From an uncultured Lachnospiraceae bacterium (lineage in GTDB: Bacteria > Bacillota > Clostridia > Christensenellales > UBA1242): DNA of 64,000 nucleotides. The translations under genes were made by a program, and so were the position numbers. The stretch is from the NCBI GenBank assembly GCA_964653635.1, contig CAZZGZ010000001.1:73986-137985 (forward strand). The letters are read 5' to 3'. The stretch's first letter is position 1. Each line of letters begins with the position of its first letter. The notes under the pieces are model-generated. The model saw nothing but the letters and a program-made list of their open reading frames with translations, was not told where the DNA came from and did no database searches. Below are positions 8,440 through 18,644 of this stretch, piece after piece.

Positions 8440-10146
8440 TTAACTTATAGCACGTTCTTTTGAACATGTAAGATATATTATCTGAAAATTCTCTGCTAAG
8501 TTCTTTATAACATTCTTGACTTTTTCGAGTTTTTCATTATCAAGGCTTATAAATGGGTCATCAAGTACAATAAATGGTTTCTCTCCATGTACATAAATCA
8601 AATCAATTAATGCCAACCTTTTGCAAATTAGAACTATAGAATTTAAGCCCTTGCTCAAAAATTCGCCTTCTTTGAGCGTTGCACCTACTTGAAATTTTAC
8701 TTCCAAATTACTATCAATAGTAAGGCTTTCAGATATGATTTGAGAGTACTTTGCTTGAAATATTTTATTTACAGGATTTACAAATTTGGTTGAAATTTCA
8801 TTCTTTGCCTCATTCATAAAGTCAATAGCTTTTAATACCATATCAATCTTTGCTTGCACTTCTTTTCTTTTTTGAATAAGATTTTCATTTTTATCTTGAT
8901 TCTCATCTAAGGCAATTTGTAATGATTCAATCCTTGCTTTAAGATCTGACAATGCTTGCATTTTAATTGCTAGGTTTTTATCTAGCAAAGTAATATTATC
9001 ATTTAACTCTTTTGACAATGCGACAGCCTCTTCATAAGTCTGATTTAGATTTGCTTTAATCTTATTATCTATTTCTATTATCTCTTGTTCAAAAAAAGTG
9101 TTTTTATCATCTTTTTTTGCTTTTTTAAATGAATATGAACCACTTTTTCTACTTTTACCCCTTTCTACCTTTTTGTAAAAAAATGCAAAATAACAACTCA
9201 CAACTAATAAAATCACGAACACAGCCATCAGTATATAATTTTTTAAACACCCAAAAAGTATAACTAAGAACGCAATTAAAACACTTAGACAAAGAAATAT
9301 TTTATTGAATATAGTAAAATTGTTTTTTCTTGTATCTTCAAATTTATTATCATTTTCAGCCTCTTCAATTTTGTAATTATATATCAATGCTTGCTTTTTT
9401 GCTACTAAATCGTTGACACTATTGAGTTTTTCACTTAAAGATGTTTGCATTTTACGTTTAGAGTCCAAACTTTGTGTTATACATTCTATTTCTCCCGATA
9501 ACCTTTCCGCTTCATTAGTGTTCGCCATAGTATCAGAGGACAATCTGGTAATTTGTGCATTCAATTCGACAAGTTCACTATCTTTTGGCATTTCGTTTTT
9601 ATATTGCCTTACAAGTTTGTTCAGTTTATCAACTGCACGAGTTTGGCTTTCCATATCAAAAGCATTGTCTTTAAGTCCAGAAAGTCCCGCCCTCATTTCA
9701 TCATTGACAAATAACGAAAGTTTATCCTCACCAAAAAATGCAGTTGCAGTAAAAGTCTCAACACCAACACCAAAAATTTCTTCACCTATATTAGAGCTAA
9801 AATCTTTTGATTTTAACTTACTTTCAGCATCATACAATTCAAACATATCTTTTTCTGGCGTTGCTCCAAAATATCTTACTAAAATATAAGTTTTACCCCT
9901 TGCCGAAAAAGTAATATTGCCACCATAATTTCCTCCAGAAAAGGGAGAATATCTACTTCTATCCACTGCAAATTCTTTGTTACGCAATTTTGCAGACATA
10001 CCATAAAACATCGCCTTTAAAAAGACAGCAAGGGTTGTCTTTCCCTCACCATTTCCACGTAAAAATGTTGAAATTTTATCATTAAATTTTATTTCAACAT
10101 TTTTTAAAACTCCAAAATTTTCTATATAACAACTTAAAATTTTCAT
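8440..10146 (-). CDS. Rad50/SbcC-like AAA ATPase with two internal TM helices (YhaN-like)
   Basis: N-terminal Walker A GNGEGKTT. C-terminal LSKG signature plus Walker B FIVLDDPF. Coiled-coil arms are interrupted at aa 283-324 (nt 9175-9300) by two hydrophobic helices. Confidence 0.8.
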   Translation of the reverse strand: MKILSCYIENFGVLKNVEIKFNDKISTFLRGNGEGKTTLAVFLKAMFYGMSAKLRNKEFAVDRSRYSPFSGGNYGGNITFSARGKTYILVRYFGATPEKDMFELYDAESKLKSKDFSSNIGEEIFGVGVETFTATAFFGEDKLSLFVNDEMRAGLSGLKDNAFDMESQTRAVDKLNKLVRQYKNEMPKDSELVELNAQITRLSSDTMANTNEAERLSGEIECITQSLDSKRKMQTSLSEKLNSVNDLVAKKQALIYNYKIEEAENDNKFEDTRKNNFTIFNKIFLCLSVLIAFLVILFGCLKNYILMAVFVILLVVSCYFAFFYKKVERGKSRKSGSYSFKKAKKDDKNTFFEQEIIEIDNKIKANLNQTYEEAVALSKELNDNITLLDKNLAIKMQALSDLKARIESLQIALDENQDKNENLIQKRKEVQAKIDMVLKAIDFMNEAKNEISTKFVNPVNKIFQAKYSQIISESLTIDSNLEVKFQVGATLKEGEFLSKGLNSIVLICKRLALIDLIYVHGEKPFIVLDDPFISLDNEKLEKVKNVIKNLAENFQIIYLTCSKERAIS

Positions 10147-10222
10147 ATTTTTTCCATTATTTTATAGTTTTTTTAATAGTTTTTTTGAAAAAGTAACCCA
10201 AATAACTGCATTTATTTTTTAG

Positions 10223-11266
10223 TTACAAACTCAAATCCTCCCCTCGTAGAGCCATAATTCCTAACATGGCAATTTTATTCTTTTCTTCATCTGAAAGTGT
10301 AGAAGAAAAAACCTTTTCAAGATATTTTGATTTAAGTGACATTTCTTCAAGTTTGATTTTATTCAAATCTATTTTTAATTTTGTTTCATTTTCTACTTTA
10401 ACGAAGAAGGCATACTTCGACAAGTTGCTTTCTAGAATGTTTGTATCTATGATATCATCTTCTTCAATAAAACCTGTTAAGGTAATTTTATACAAATCCT
10501 CTTTGGATCTATCATTTATACACTCTATAACTGCGTTTTCTATTTTTTGCATAAAATTATTATGATTATTGGAAACATCCAAAGATAAACTATGATATAA
10601 CCTGCTTGCAAAAGGGACAAATGTAACACTTACATTACCACTACTATCTATATCTACCACATTAAATCCTCGTTTCTCCGTTTCATCAAAGCCCCGTCCT
10701 TCAAGACATCCAGGATAAGACCAAGTCATATTTCCAACCTTATCTATGCACGGCTTGTGAATGTCGCCTAGTGCAAGATAAGTTATGTTTTTATATGCAA
10801 GAGCTTTTAAATCTATTTCACCATCTATTGTCGAGCCGTGAAGTAAACAAACGCTAGGACTATGTGTGAAATTAATTTTACTCAGATAAGTCTTACAAAA
10901 GGGAACTCCACCGAAACTAATTCCATCTATAATCAATTCTGAAAAATCTTCAAATTCATAAAAATTTTGAGGATTTTTTTCAAAAAAAACGCATTTTTGA
11001 TCATGATTTCCACGAATATATAAAAATTTTACGCTTTGCGCTTCTTCTATCACGGTTTGCAGAAATTTTCTAGTTGATACTTTAATAGTTTGACTATCAA
11101 ACATGTCCCCACAAATAAGAATCAATGAAATCTCATTACTTTGAGCATATGAAACCATATTTTTGAAAGTACGCAAAAGTTCATTATTACGTATTGAAGC
11201 CTTCTCAGAAGGTAAAAATCGTAATCTTGAGTCAAAGTGTAGATCTGCACAATGAATAAATTTCAT
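10223..11266 (-). CDS. Mre11/SbcD-family metallophosphoesterase (YhaO-like)
   Basis: Calcineurin-like motifs HCADLH, GDMFD, GNHD, LLHG and GDIH. Lies directly upstream of the Rad50-like ATPase. Confidence 0.85.
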   Translation of the reverse strand: MKFIHCADLHFDSRLRFLPSEKASIRNNELLRTFKNMVSYAQSNEISLILICGDMFDSQTIKVSTRKFLQTVIEEAQSVKFLYIRGNHDQKCVFFEKNPQNFYEFEDFSELIIDGISFGGVPFCKTYLSKINFTHSPSVCLLHGSTIDGEIDLKALAYKNITYLALGDIHKPCIDKVGNMTWSYPGCLEGRGFDETEKRGFNVVDIDSSGNVSVTFVPFASRLYHSLSLDVSNNHNNFMQKIENAVIECINDRSKEDLYKITLTGFIEEDDIIDTNILESNLSKYAFFVKVENETKLKIDLNKIKLEEMSLKSKYLEKVFSSTLSDEEKNKIAMLGIMALRGEDLSL

Positions 11267-11337
11267 ATCTCTCCTTTTTTATTGGTATAGATTTAATACT
11301 AATTATATTATAAAAAATCAAATTTAATTTTCAAGTA

Positions 11338-12876
11338 TTATAAATCATAATTGTTTATCAATAGTTTGATTTTACTATCAGTAACAAGGTTTGCAGTCAT
11401 ATAAACATAACTAGCATTTAGACTAGAAACATTGACTTTGAATGGATTTGTAAGTTCAGCATTAGTAAATGAACATTCAATGCGATTTGTCTCTTCTGTA
11501 TCAATAAGACTTCCGTCATAATTTTCAAAGTAGAAAACAGCTGAGGCATTGCTATGCACTCGGAAAGTAATAATACCAGTTTGAGTCTTTGCTGTCAAAT
11601 CCTTTTTTATCATTTTATCATAATAAATTATATCTATGTTACCTGAGGAAGAATAAAGTGTGGAAGAATCGGTACAAGAAGATGTATATAATCTTATTGC
11701 TCCACTTGATGTCAACACGTTAATAACACCATTAGCCACTAAATTTTTATAATCACTATTTCCCAAAGTCACACTCCCAGTGGTTGTCGAAATATCAATC
11801 ATATCTGCATCAAAGTTTGAAATAGATATTTTCGCACCACCCATAGATAGAGCTGAGATTACGCCTAAACATTCATCAACTCTGATAATAGGTGTGTTAA
11901 CTATGGAAGGATTTGAACAATAAAGACCATATATTGTGCCAAAATAATAGTTGCCACTTTCACATCTGAGATTTACAACCCCCTTGACAAGGTCACAAGA
12001 TACGTAACCTGATGTGGACATAAACTGCACCTGTGTATCTTCATTACTACAAACAACACTTTGATTATTAAAAGTACCTTTGCCTATATCAAAACGTACG
12101 GAATCCCCCGTTATAAAAAATCCTTTTGTTAAGTTGTCCGCCGTCAAATTGCCTTGCCCATAAAAATCATCAGGAGTTTGTTCATATGACACAATCGTGC
12201 CCGACGAAGTCTTAATATCAAGCGAAGAAAAAGTGCAATTACTTGTGGTACTCATACGCACTAAACCCGTTGTAGTCGTAATTTTGGCATTTAAGTTAGC
12301 CCCGTTTAAGTCATGAAGAGTAGTCCCATTATAGCCACCAAAACAAACTGCACCACTTTGTGTCACTACCTCAATGGTCGTCCCATCTGCTAAACAGCTA
12401 TCTGCCGAGAACAAATGAATTAAAACTTGCACATTCTTTCTTAAAAATAAGAAGCCAGTATTTTCTTGTAAGTCAATATCAATAACACCATTTTCAATAG
12501 ATACATTAAAGTCAAAATCTAACTTGTTAGATGAGCGAGTAAAACCTTGCACATCATTAATTATATATATAGCATTCTTAGAACGTTCATTGTCACAAAC
12601 AAAAGTGACTTGTGCATAATCAGCATTAACATTGATTGTATTTATGTCAGAAAAATCTATTTCAGCTTGATCTTGAGGAGTTTCATATGCTGCTGCGTAT
12701 GGGACTGATTCTACTATTTCATATACTTTAGAACTAGAAAAAGTTTTCAGCCCCAAAATTGACTTGTCAGGATTTAAAAGCAAAATAAAAAATACAACCA
12801 CAAAAAATGCTAAAACTATCGCAAGAAAAAGAAATAAATATATTAGAAAACCTTTTTTGATTTTAGACTTAGCCAT
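11338..12876 (-). CDS. Membrane-anchored beta-strand-repeat protein (DUF4097-like putative adhesin fold)
   Basis: N-terminal TM (FLIYLFLFLAIVLAFFVVVFFILLL), then a Ser/Thr/Gly/Asn-rich region with repeated ..TSSG.I.. / ..TTTG.V.. strands. Confidence 0.6.
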   Translation of the reverse strand: MAKSKIKKGFLIYLFLFLAIVLAFFVVVFFILLLNPDKSILGLKTFSSSKVYEIVESVPYAAAYETPQDQAEIDFSDINTINVNADYAQVTFVCDNERSKNAIYIINDVQGFTRSSNKLDFDFNVSIENGVIDIDLQENTGFLFLRKNVQVLIHLFSADSCLADGTTIEVVTQSGAVCFGGYNGTTLHDLNGANLNAKITTTTGLVRMSTTSNCTFSSLDIKTSSGTIVSYEQTPDDFYGQGNLTADNLTKGFFITGDSVRFDIGKGTFNNQSVVCSNEDTQVQFMSTSGYVSCDLVKGVVNLRCESGNYYFGTIYGLYCSNPSIVNTPIIRVDECLGVISALSMGGAKISISNFDADMIDISTTTGSVTLGNSDYKNLVANGVINVLTSSGAIRLYTSSCTDSSTLYSSSGNIDIIYYDKMIKKDLTAKTQTGIITFRVHSNASAVFYFENYDGSLIDTEETNRIECSFTNAELTNPFKVNVSSLNASYVYMTANLVTDSKIKLLINNYDL

Positions 12877-12962
12877 ATACTACCATCCATAATTATATTT
12901 TACACAATTTTTTGACAATATCAAAACGATTTACACTTATGTTGTATTTTTTATAATCTAAT

Positions 12963-12997
12963 TAAAAAATAAACTCTTTAAACAAAGAGTTTATTTT
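12963..12997 (-). terminator. alaS terminator
   Basis: TAAACTCTTT - 4-nt loop - AAAGAGTTTA followed by a U-run on the minus strand. Confidence 0.8.
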
Positions 12998-13086
12998 AAA
13001 AGAATAGACAAGTTTCTTATTGAAAGTAAATTTTCTGTATTAAATATCTTCCTTCGCAACACAATATGAATTACAATAATTGCATA

Positions 13087-14910
13087 TTAATCTAAAATGG
13101 CTTTTATCCTACGAATACCACTTGAACAACTTTCCTCTTTTATAATTTTTAAATGATGAAGATCACGAGTGTTTTTTGCATGAGGTCCTCCACAGATTTG
13201 ACGATCTACATCCCCTATTGTATAAACTTTGACTTGATCACCATATTTATTGTCAAACACACCATATGCACCAGACTTTCTTGCCTCTTCAAGAGATAAC
13301 ACCTCACAAGTCACATCTAACTCTCTTGATATCGCATCATTTACAAAATTTTCTAGAGTCTTAATCTCCTCTGCCGTCAACTTATGATCAACATTAAAAT
13401 CAAATCGCAAACGCTCTGAAGTAATGTTTGAACCTTTTTGAACAACCTGCTCCCCAAACATTTTTTTTAACCCAGCCAATAAAAGGTGTGTCGCTGTATG
13501 AAGTTTAGCAGTTTCATAAGAATCATCTGCCAGTCCGCCCTTAAAAGTCCCCACAGAAATTACTTTGCTTTTTTGTCTATGTTCAGCTAAACAATCTTGA
13601 AAAGTTTTCTCATCAACTGAATATCCACGCTCTAAAGCCAATTCCTTCGTAAGTTCCAAAGGAAAACCAAAAGTGTCAAATAACCTAAATGCCGCCTTGC
13701 CCGAAATTACGTTTTTTACGACTTCTCCTGATTTTTGAGCAAATTCTTTATGTTTTTGTATACCTAAAAGTACCTTCTCGAACTCTTTAAAACCTTCTTC
13801 TATTGCTTTTGCAAACTTATCCACTTCTTTTTTAAGTTCTTCTTTTATCTTTTGACGATTATTTGCTATATCTAAATAATCTTTGCCGTAAACATCCACA
13901 TAAATATCAACAATATCGTCAAAATAACGCACATCAAACCCAATATTTTTTGCATGATTAACTGCTCGCCTAATAAAACGCCTTAAAATATATCCCTGCC
14001 CTACATTAGAAGGCAATACCCCATTTGAATCACCAATTATGAAAGTCGCACTTCTTATGTGATCACAGATTATACGATATGAACGTGTTGCTTTTTCACT
14101 TTCATCAATCTTAGTCTTTGCCTTAGTGCCTATAAAATCAATAACTCGCCTTAATGTACCTATTTCATAGACACTCTTTGCTTCATTAATAACACAAATA
14201 GTGCGTTCCAATCCCATTCCAGTGTCTATGTTTGGACGTGCAAGTAATACCGGCTTATCACCCTCTTTTTCTACCTTGTACTGCATGAAAACATCATTCC
14301 AAATCTCAATATACTTTCCACAATCACAAGATGGATTGCACGTCGGACAACATTTTGGCTTACCTGTGTCATAAAACATTTCACTATCAGGGCCACATGG
14401 ACCAACTCCTGAACCCAACGCCCACCAATTATCTTTGAGATAGTATATGTTTTCAATTCCACAATCTTTCCAAGTTTTGTATGCTACCTCATCCCGTTTG
14501 ATAGTATCATTACCTGCAAATATCGTAATCGCTAAACGATTCTTTGGAATCCCTAAGTATTTTGGACTTGTGAGAAATTCATATGATAGTTTTATCATTT
14601 CCTCTTTTGGACAATCACCTAAATACCAATTTCCGAGCATTTCAAACAAGGTCAAATGCACTCCATCACCAACCTCATCAATGTCGTTTGTGCGTATACA
14701 ACGTTGAACATCACATATTTTATTCCCTGCTGGATGTTTTTCCCCTAAAAGATATGGCACTATCGGTTGCATACCCGCAGTATTGAAAAGAGTGGTGGGA
14801 TCATTTTCAGGTATGACCGAGGCACTATCAATTCGTTTAAAACCATGACTTTGAAAAAACTCAAACCATAAATTTTTAAGATCAATATCAGTTTTAATTT
14901 TTTTATCCAT
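13087..14910 (-). CDS. alaS: Alanine--tRNA ligase, compact 607-aa form lacking the C-Ala domain
   Basis: Class II core (FNTAGMQP, RCIRTNDIDEVGD, GPCGPDSEMFYD, IEIWNDVFMQY). The editing-site motifs HTATHLL and CGGPH are present. The protein ends about 35 aa after CGGPH. Confidence 0.9.
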   Translation of the reverse strand: MDKKIKTDIDLKNLWFEFFQSHGFKRIDSASVIPENDPTTLFNTAGMQPIVPYLLGEKHPAGNKICDVQRCIRTNDIDEVGDGVHLTLFEMLGNWYLGDCPKEEMIKLSYEFLTSPKYLGIPKNRLAITIFAGNDTIKRDEVAYKTWKDCGIENIYYLKDNWWALGSGVGPCGPDSEMFYDTGKPKCCPTCNPSCDCGKYIEIWNDVFMQYKVEKEGDKPVLLARPNIDTGMGLERTICVINEAKSVYEIGTLRRVIDFIGTKAKTKIDESEKATRSYRIICDHIRSATFIIGDSNGVLPSNVGQGYILRRFIRRAVNHAKNIGFDVRYFDDIVDIYVDVYGKDYLDIANNRQKIKEELKKEVDKFAKAIEEGFKEFEKVLLGIQKHKEFAQKSGEVVKNVISGKAAFRLFDTFGFPLELTKELALERGYSVDEKTFQDCLAEHRQKSKVISVGTFKGGLADDSYETAKLHTATHLLLAGLKKMFGEQVVQKGSNITSERLRFDFNVDHKLTAEEIKTLENFVNDAISRELDVTCEVLSLEEARKSGAYGVFDNKYGDQVKVYTIGDVDRQICGGPHAKNTRDLHHLKIIKEESCSSGIRRIKAILD

Positions 14911-15093
14911 AAATTCCTTCTCTTACCTCGCATATTATATCACACAAAAATATAATTTGCAAATATTTTATATTTTTATATTATTGATGTAAAAAATAAG
15001 AAATCAAATAGGAATATGAATGTTTTTCTATGATTATTTTTTTCAAACATTGTGATGCAAAATTAATCTAACTAACCTTTTTTATTCATAAAT

Positions 15094-15123
15094 AAAAACA
15101 CAAAGCCTTTGCTTCGTGTTTTT
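15094..15123 (-). terminator. Terminator of the 15153-15677 gene
   Basis: AAAAACACGAAG - loop - CTTTGTGTTTTT on the minus strand, followed by a U-run. Confidence 0.7.
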
Positions 15124-15150
15124 ATGCTTGCATAATTCTACTATTTAAAC
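15118..15150 (-). repeat. AT-rich quasi-palindromic element, copy B
   Basis: gtttttatgcttgcataattctactatttaaac. TTATGC-TT-GCATAA core plus CTACTAT tail. Lies between the stop at 15153 and the terminator. Confidence 0.55.
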
Positions 15151-15152
15151 GC

Positions 15153-15677
15153 CTATTTTTTAGAAGTCGTAAGAAATGCTAATACTGAAGTTAGAATTGA
15201 AAATATTGTGATAAAGTAAATTGCAATATGAGCTATATACCTATACGAAGACGAACCCAAATTACCTGCATCAACAACGGTTGATAATTTACCGCATCCA
15301 ACAACAGTTGATATAAAGAATACCAAGGCTCCAAGAATTGATAACAGACTGATAACTTTAATAATTACATCTAGATATTTATTTTTTATGAAAAAGCGAA
15401 CAACCAAAGCAATTAATAAAAGTCCAACCAAAACAAGTGTAATAATCAAAAATATCTTTGCAACATTCCATCCTAAAATGTTATCCGTATCTTGTAAATC
15501 CGAAATAATATCAAACCACTCAGTAAGTCCCGATGATTTTGTGCTAGTTGTAGAACCCAATGTTATTTCTGTACTTATAAATTGAAAAGCCAAAGATATA
15601 AACGACATTGCCGCAGTTATGAGTGCTAAAATACCAAAGATTAGTCCTTTATTACTCCTTTTACTTCTTTTCCCCAT
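15153..15677 (-). CDS. Hypothetical integral membrane protein (174 aa, about 4 TM)
   Basis: Basic N-terminus followed by four hydrophobic helices. GGAGGG RBS. Confidence 0.65.
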   Translation of the reverse strand: MGKRSKRSNKGLIFGILALITAAMSFISLAFQFISTEITLGSTTSTKSSGLTEWFDIISDLQDTDNILGWNVAKIFLIITLVLVGLLLIALVVRFFIKNKYLDVIIKVISLLSILGALVFFISTVVGCGKLSTVVDAGNLGSSSYRYIAHIAIYFITIFSILTSVLAFLTTSKK

Positions 15678-15789
15678 AAACCCTCCTTTAAAAATATTGT
15701 AACTTTTTTATAAAAAAAACACAAACTTTTTTTCTGCAATTTAAAAAATTACTCTATTACATATTATAAATGTTAATTTTATTTTTAAT

Positions 15790-16716
15790 TCAAATTATAC
15801 AAAGCATGCCAGTTGCGATAGTTATTATAAACATTATTAAATAACTACAAGGACTGATTTTTTCTTTCATAATCCATCTCTCATACAACATTATTATAAT
15901 AAGTCCCAAAACACTTATGGCATCCACTATGCCTAAATTCATTTGCAAAGCAAGATGTAATATGACAAGTTGACTTGTTATCCTACAAATTGAAATGACA
16001 AATAACCATATATCTTTAAAAATTACTTTGATTGCAGATTTAAAATTTTTCTTTTTTATAAGCATTAAAATGCAAGCAAAAATCATCATAAAAATATTCA
16101 TTAAAAAACTATACACGATGTTACTTATACCTATTCTTGATATCACACCAGGAATTAGCCCTTTAACAACCGCCACAACAACCCACAACGCTAGAAATAA
16201 AAATCCGATGTTTAATCTGTAACCAAATTTACGAGAAAGCACATTTTCCGTTATTTTGCTTTGTGAAGAACATAAATTATTTTTCCTCCCACTCTGAACA
16301 AATGCCAATACGATACAAGCTATAATAATTATCACTACAAGTAAAATTTGCAATAGTGTTAATTTTCCACCAAAAAATACCCAGCTTAAAAGAGTTAAAA
16401 ATGCTATGTAAATTTCTGACACGCCTTCCGCAATAGACATCGGTAGATTCTTTGAGGCGATGAACCAAAATACGACACCTAAAATACCCAAAATTGAAAC
16501 TAACGCTATATAACTTATGCTTATAACATTTATCCCTTCAAATATGATAATGCCATTTACTAAATAAGATATAGCAAGTGCCATGCTAGAAATAATAAGC
16601 CCTAATAAACAAATTCCAAAAAGTGCCACTATACAATCATTACATTTTGTATTTTTATATGAAATAGTCTCGCCTGCATTTTCAAGAATTATCAAAACTA
16701 AAAATATGTAAGTCAT
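15790..16716 (-). CDS. Multi-pass membrane protein, DMT/EamA-like transporter
   Basis: About 10 TM segments arranged as two 5-TM halves. No sharper motif. Confidence 0.55.
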   Translation of the reverse strand: MTYIFLVLIILENAGETISYKNTKCNDCIVALFGICLLGLIISSMALAISYLVNGIIIFEGINVISISYIALVSILGILGVVFWFIASKNLPMSIAEGVSEIYIAFLTLLSWVFFGGKLTLLQILLVVIIIIACIVLAFVQSGRKNNLCSSQSKITENVLSRKFGYRLNIGFLFLALWVVVAVVKGLIPGVISRIGISNIVYSFLMNIFMMIFACILMLIKKKNFKSAIKVIFKDIWLFVISICRITSQLVILHLALQMNLGIVDAISVLGLIIIMLYERWIMKEKISPCSYLIMFIITIATGMLCII

Positions 16717-16772
16717 ACCTGTCTATAACAATATATGAAAAACTTGCTCAAAAGTTTTTCAAAGACAGGTTT

Positions 16773-17120
16773 TCATATCAAAACTACTGTTATACCAGGA
16801 TTACCTTTATTTAGGTCAATATCCAAACTTGCCTGCTCGCAGTTTGCAAGAATGATTTGAGTTATTTTATTTTCTATTTTAAAATCAATACCACGTACAA
16901 AATCATGAATTTTGTGTTGTTTAATAAGACGAAATAAAAGAAAGGGTAACTCTTTACAAATCGAGCCCCCAACACCTCTTGAACCATAACCATGTATAAA
17001 CTTAATAGCTCCCACATTTTCATGCTTTGCTTTATTTATTTCTATCTCACAAATTGCAAGAGCCTGCTCGGTACTTTCTCTATTTGCTTTTAAATTAATA
17101 ACTTTAAAATCTTTACTCAT
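16773..17120 (-). CDS. Smr-domain-like small protein
   Basis: The pattern ...IKFIHGYGSRGVGG....GNPGITVVLI resembles the Smr core (hIHGkG.G.L) and its C-terminal strand. Confidence 0.5.
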   Translation of the reverse strand: MSKDFKVINLKANRESTEQALAICEIEINKAKHENVGAIKFIHGYGSRGVGGSICKELPFLLFRLIKQHKIHDFVRGIDFKIENKITQIILANCEQASLDIDLNKGNPGITVVLI

Positions 17121-17144
17121 ATTTTCCCTCTAAGATGAGCTAGT

Positions 17145-17816
17145 TTAAGAGTCTGCATTGATCGTTTGTACCTCTTCATCTTGGAGAAATTCAGGTATTT
17201 TTTCTTCTGCTGGAATTTCAATATTTTCTGAAATAGAAAACTCATTATAAAGTGTGTCTGTGGAATTTTGTGGCGATTCGATAGTTGCTATGCGTTCAAG
17301 CAATTCCTCATAATCCGGTAAATCACTAAGGGTCTGTAAGTTAAAACGCTTCAAAAAATTATCCGTTGTTCCAAACATTAAAGGCTTGCCTACTGCATCC
17401 TTTCGCCCCACAACCTCAATCATATTTTGATCAGATAAGATTGCAATCGCATACTCAGCCCCTACACCTCGAATTTCTTCAATTTCAAGCTTTGTAATTG
17501 GTTGTTTATAAGCAATAATAGCAAGAGTCTCTAAAGCAGACTTTGTCAATGCTTTTTCTCTAATAGGATTTAGCACTTCATTAACATAATCACTGTATTT
17601 AGCATTTGAACATAATTGAACTTTATTTTTGTATGTGATAATTTGCACGCCTGCAAAATCAGCAAATCTTTCTTTTAACTTTTCAATAGCTTTTTCAATT
17701 TCTTTAACACTAAGCTCAAGCTTTTCAGCAATAAATTCCTTCTCAAGCCCATCACCAGAACAAAATAGAATACTAAAAAGCACATCAGCTACATCATAAT
17801 TTGAATCTATTTTCAT
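17145..17816 (-). CDS. scpB: Segregation and condensation protein B
   Basis: ALETLAIIAYKQPITKLEIEEIRGV....LMFGTTDNFLKRFNL are typical ScpB winged-helix repeats. Follows scpA. Confidence 0.92.
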   Translation of the reverse strand: MKIDSNYDVADVLFSILFCSGDGLEKEFIAEKLELSVKEIEKAIEKLKERFADFAGVQIITYKNKVQLCSNAKYSDYVNEVLNPIREKALTKSALETLAIIAYKQPITKLEIEEIRGVGAEYAIAILSDQNMIEVVGRKDAVGKPLMFGTTDNFLKRFNLQTLSDLPDYEELLERIATIESPQNSTDTLYNEFSISENIEIPAEEKIPEFLQDEEVQTINADS

Positions 17817-17843
17817 AATTTTTCTCCTATTTTCCTAATTAAT

Positions 17844-18599
17844 TCACTCTTCATTTGTGGTAACTATTATCTTCTCAAACGTTCCAGATTGTTCTACCTT
17901 CAACATTTGCAATTTTAAAAGTTCTAAAAGTGCCAAAAATATGTTAATCATTTCACTCTTTGTGTTATCATCACTAAAAAGTTCAGTAAAATCGAAACGC
18001 CTATGTTCACGAGCATAATTGCGAATTGAAATTATCTTTTCAGCAATCGTAAACCTATCTTTAACAATCTTTTTCGGTGCCATTGTGTCATCAACTTTCT
18101 TTAATTCATTTTTCGTCAGAAGTTTTGCAAACGCATCAAGAAGTTTATCAAGTGTCATATCTTTTAATATTATTTTTACCTTTTCATTTTCCTTGCCAGG
18201 CAAACGATAGAATTTGTTTATATCTTCAAGAGGTTTTAAACTTTTACAAGTCTCTTTAAAAAGTTGATATTCCTGTAAGCGTTTCAATAGCAACGTTTCA
18301 TCATCCTCTTCTTCAGTCCCATCTTCAACCTTTTCAACAGGTAATAAATATTTAGATTTTATTTCTATAAGTGTTGCTGCTACTGTAATAAATTCACTTG
18401 CCTTATCCATATCCACAGACTTTATATCTTGCATATACTCAAGATACTGGTCGGTTATCTGTGCAAGCTTGACAGTTGAAATATCAAGTTTACTCTCTTT
18501 AATAAGATGTAATAAAAGATCAAGAGGACCTTCAAAATTCTCGAGTTTAAACCTTATATCATTTGTCGAAAGTAGTATATCGCTTGTATTTTCTTCCAT
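17844..18599 (-). CDS. scpA: Segregation and condensation protein A (kleisin)
   Basis: FEGPLDLLLHLIKESKLDISTVKLAQITDQYLEYM at the N-terminus. C-terminal winged helix LALLELLK. Confidence 0.92.
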   Translation of the reverse strand: MEENTSDILLSTNDIRFKLENFEGPLDLLLHLIKESKLDISTVKLAQITDQYLEYMQDIKSVDMDKASEFITVAATLIEIKSKYLLPVEKVEDGTEEEDDETLLLKRLQEYQLFKETCKSLKPLEDINKFYRLPGKENEKVKIILKDMTLDKLLDAFAKLLTKNELKKVDDTMAPKKIVKDRFTIAEKIISIRNYAREHRRFDFTELFSDDNTKSEMINIFLALLELLKLQMLKVEQSGTFEKIIVTTNEE

Positions 18600-18644
18600 A
18601 ACTTTTTCCCTTTAAATTCATCAACTACTATTTTGAATATATGA

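Noticed and set aside
14911-15152. T-box leaders upstream of alaS (14911-15152) and lysS (57789-57850)
   Set aside because: No specifier-loop or T-box (AATTAGGGTGGTACCGCG-like) sequence is present. The spacers are AT-rich and, for lysS, only about 60 nt long.
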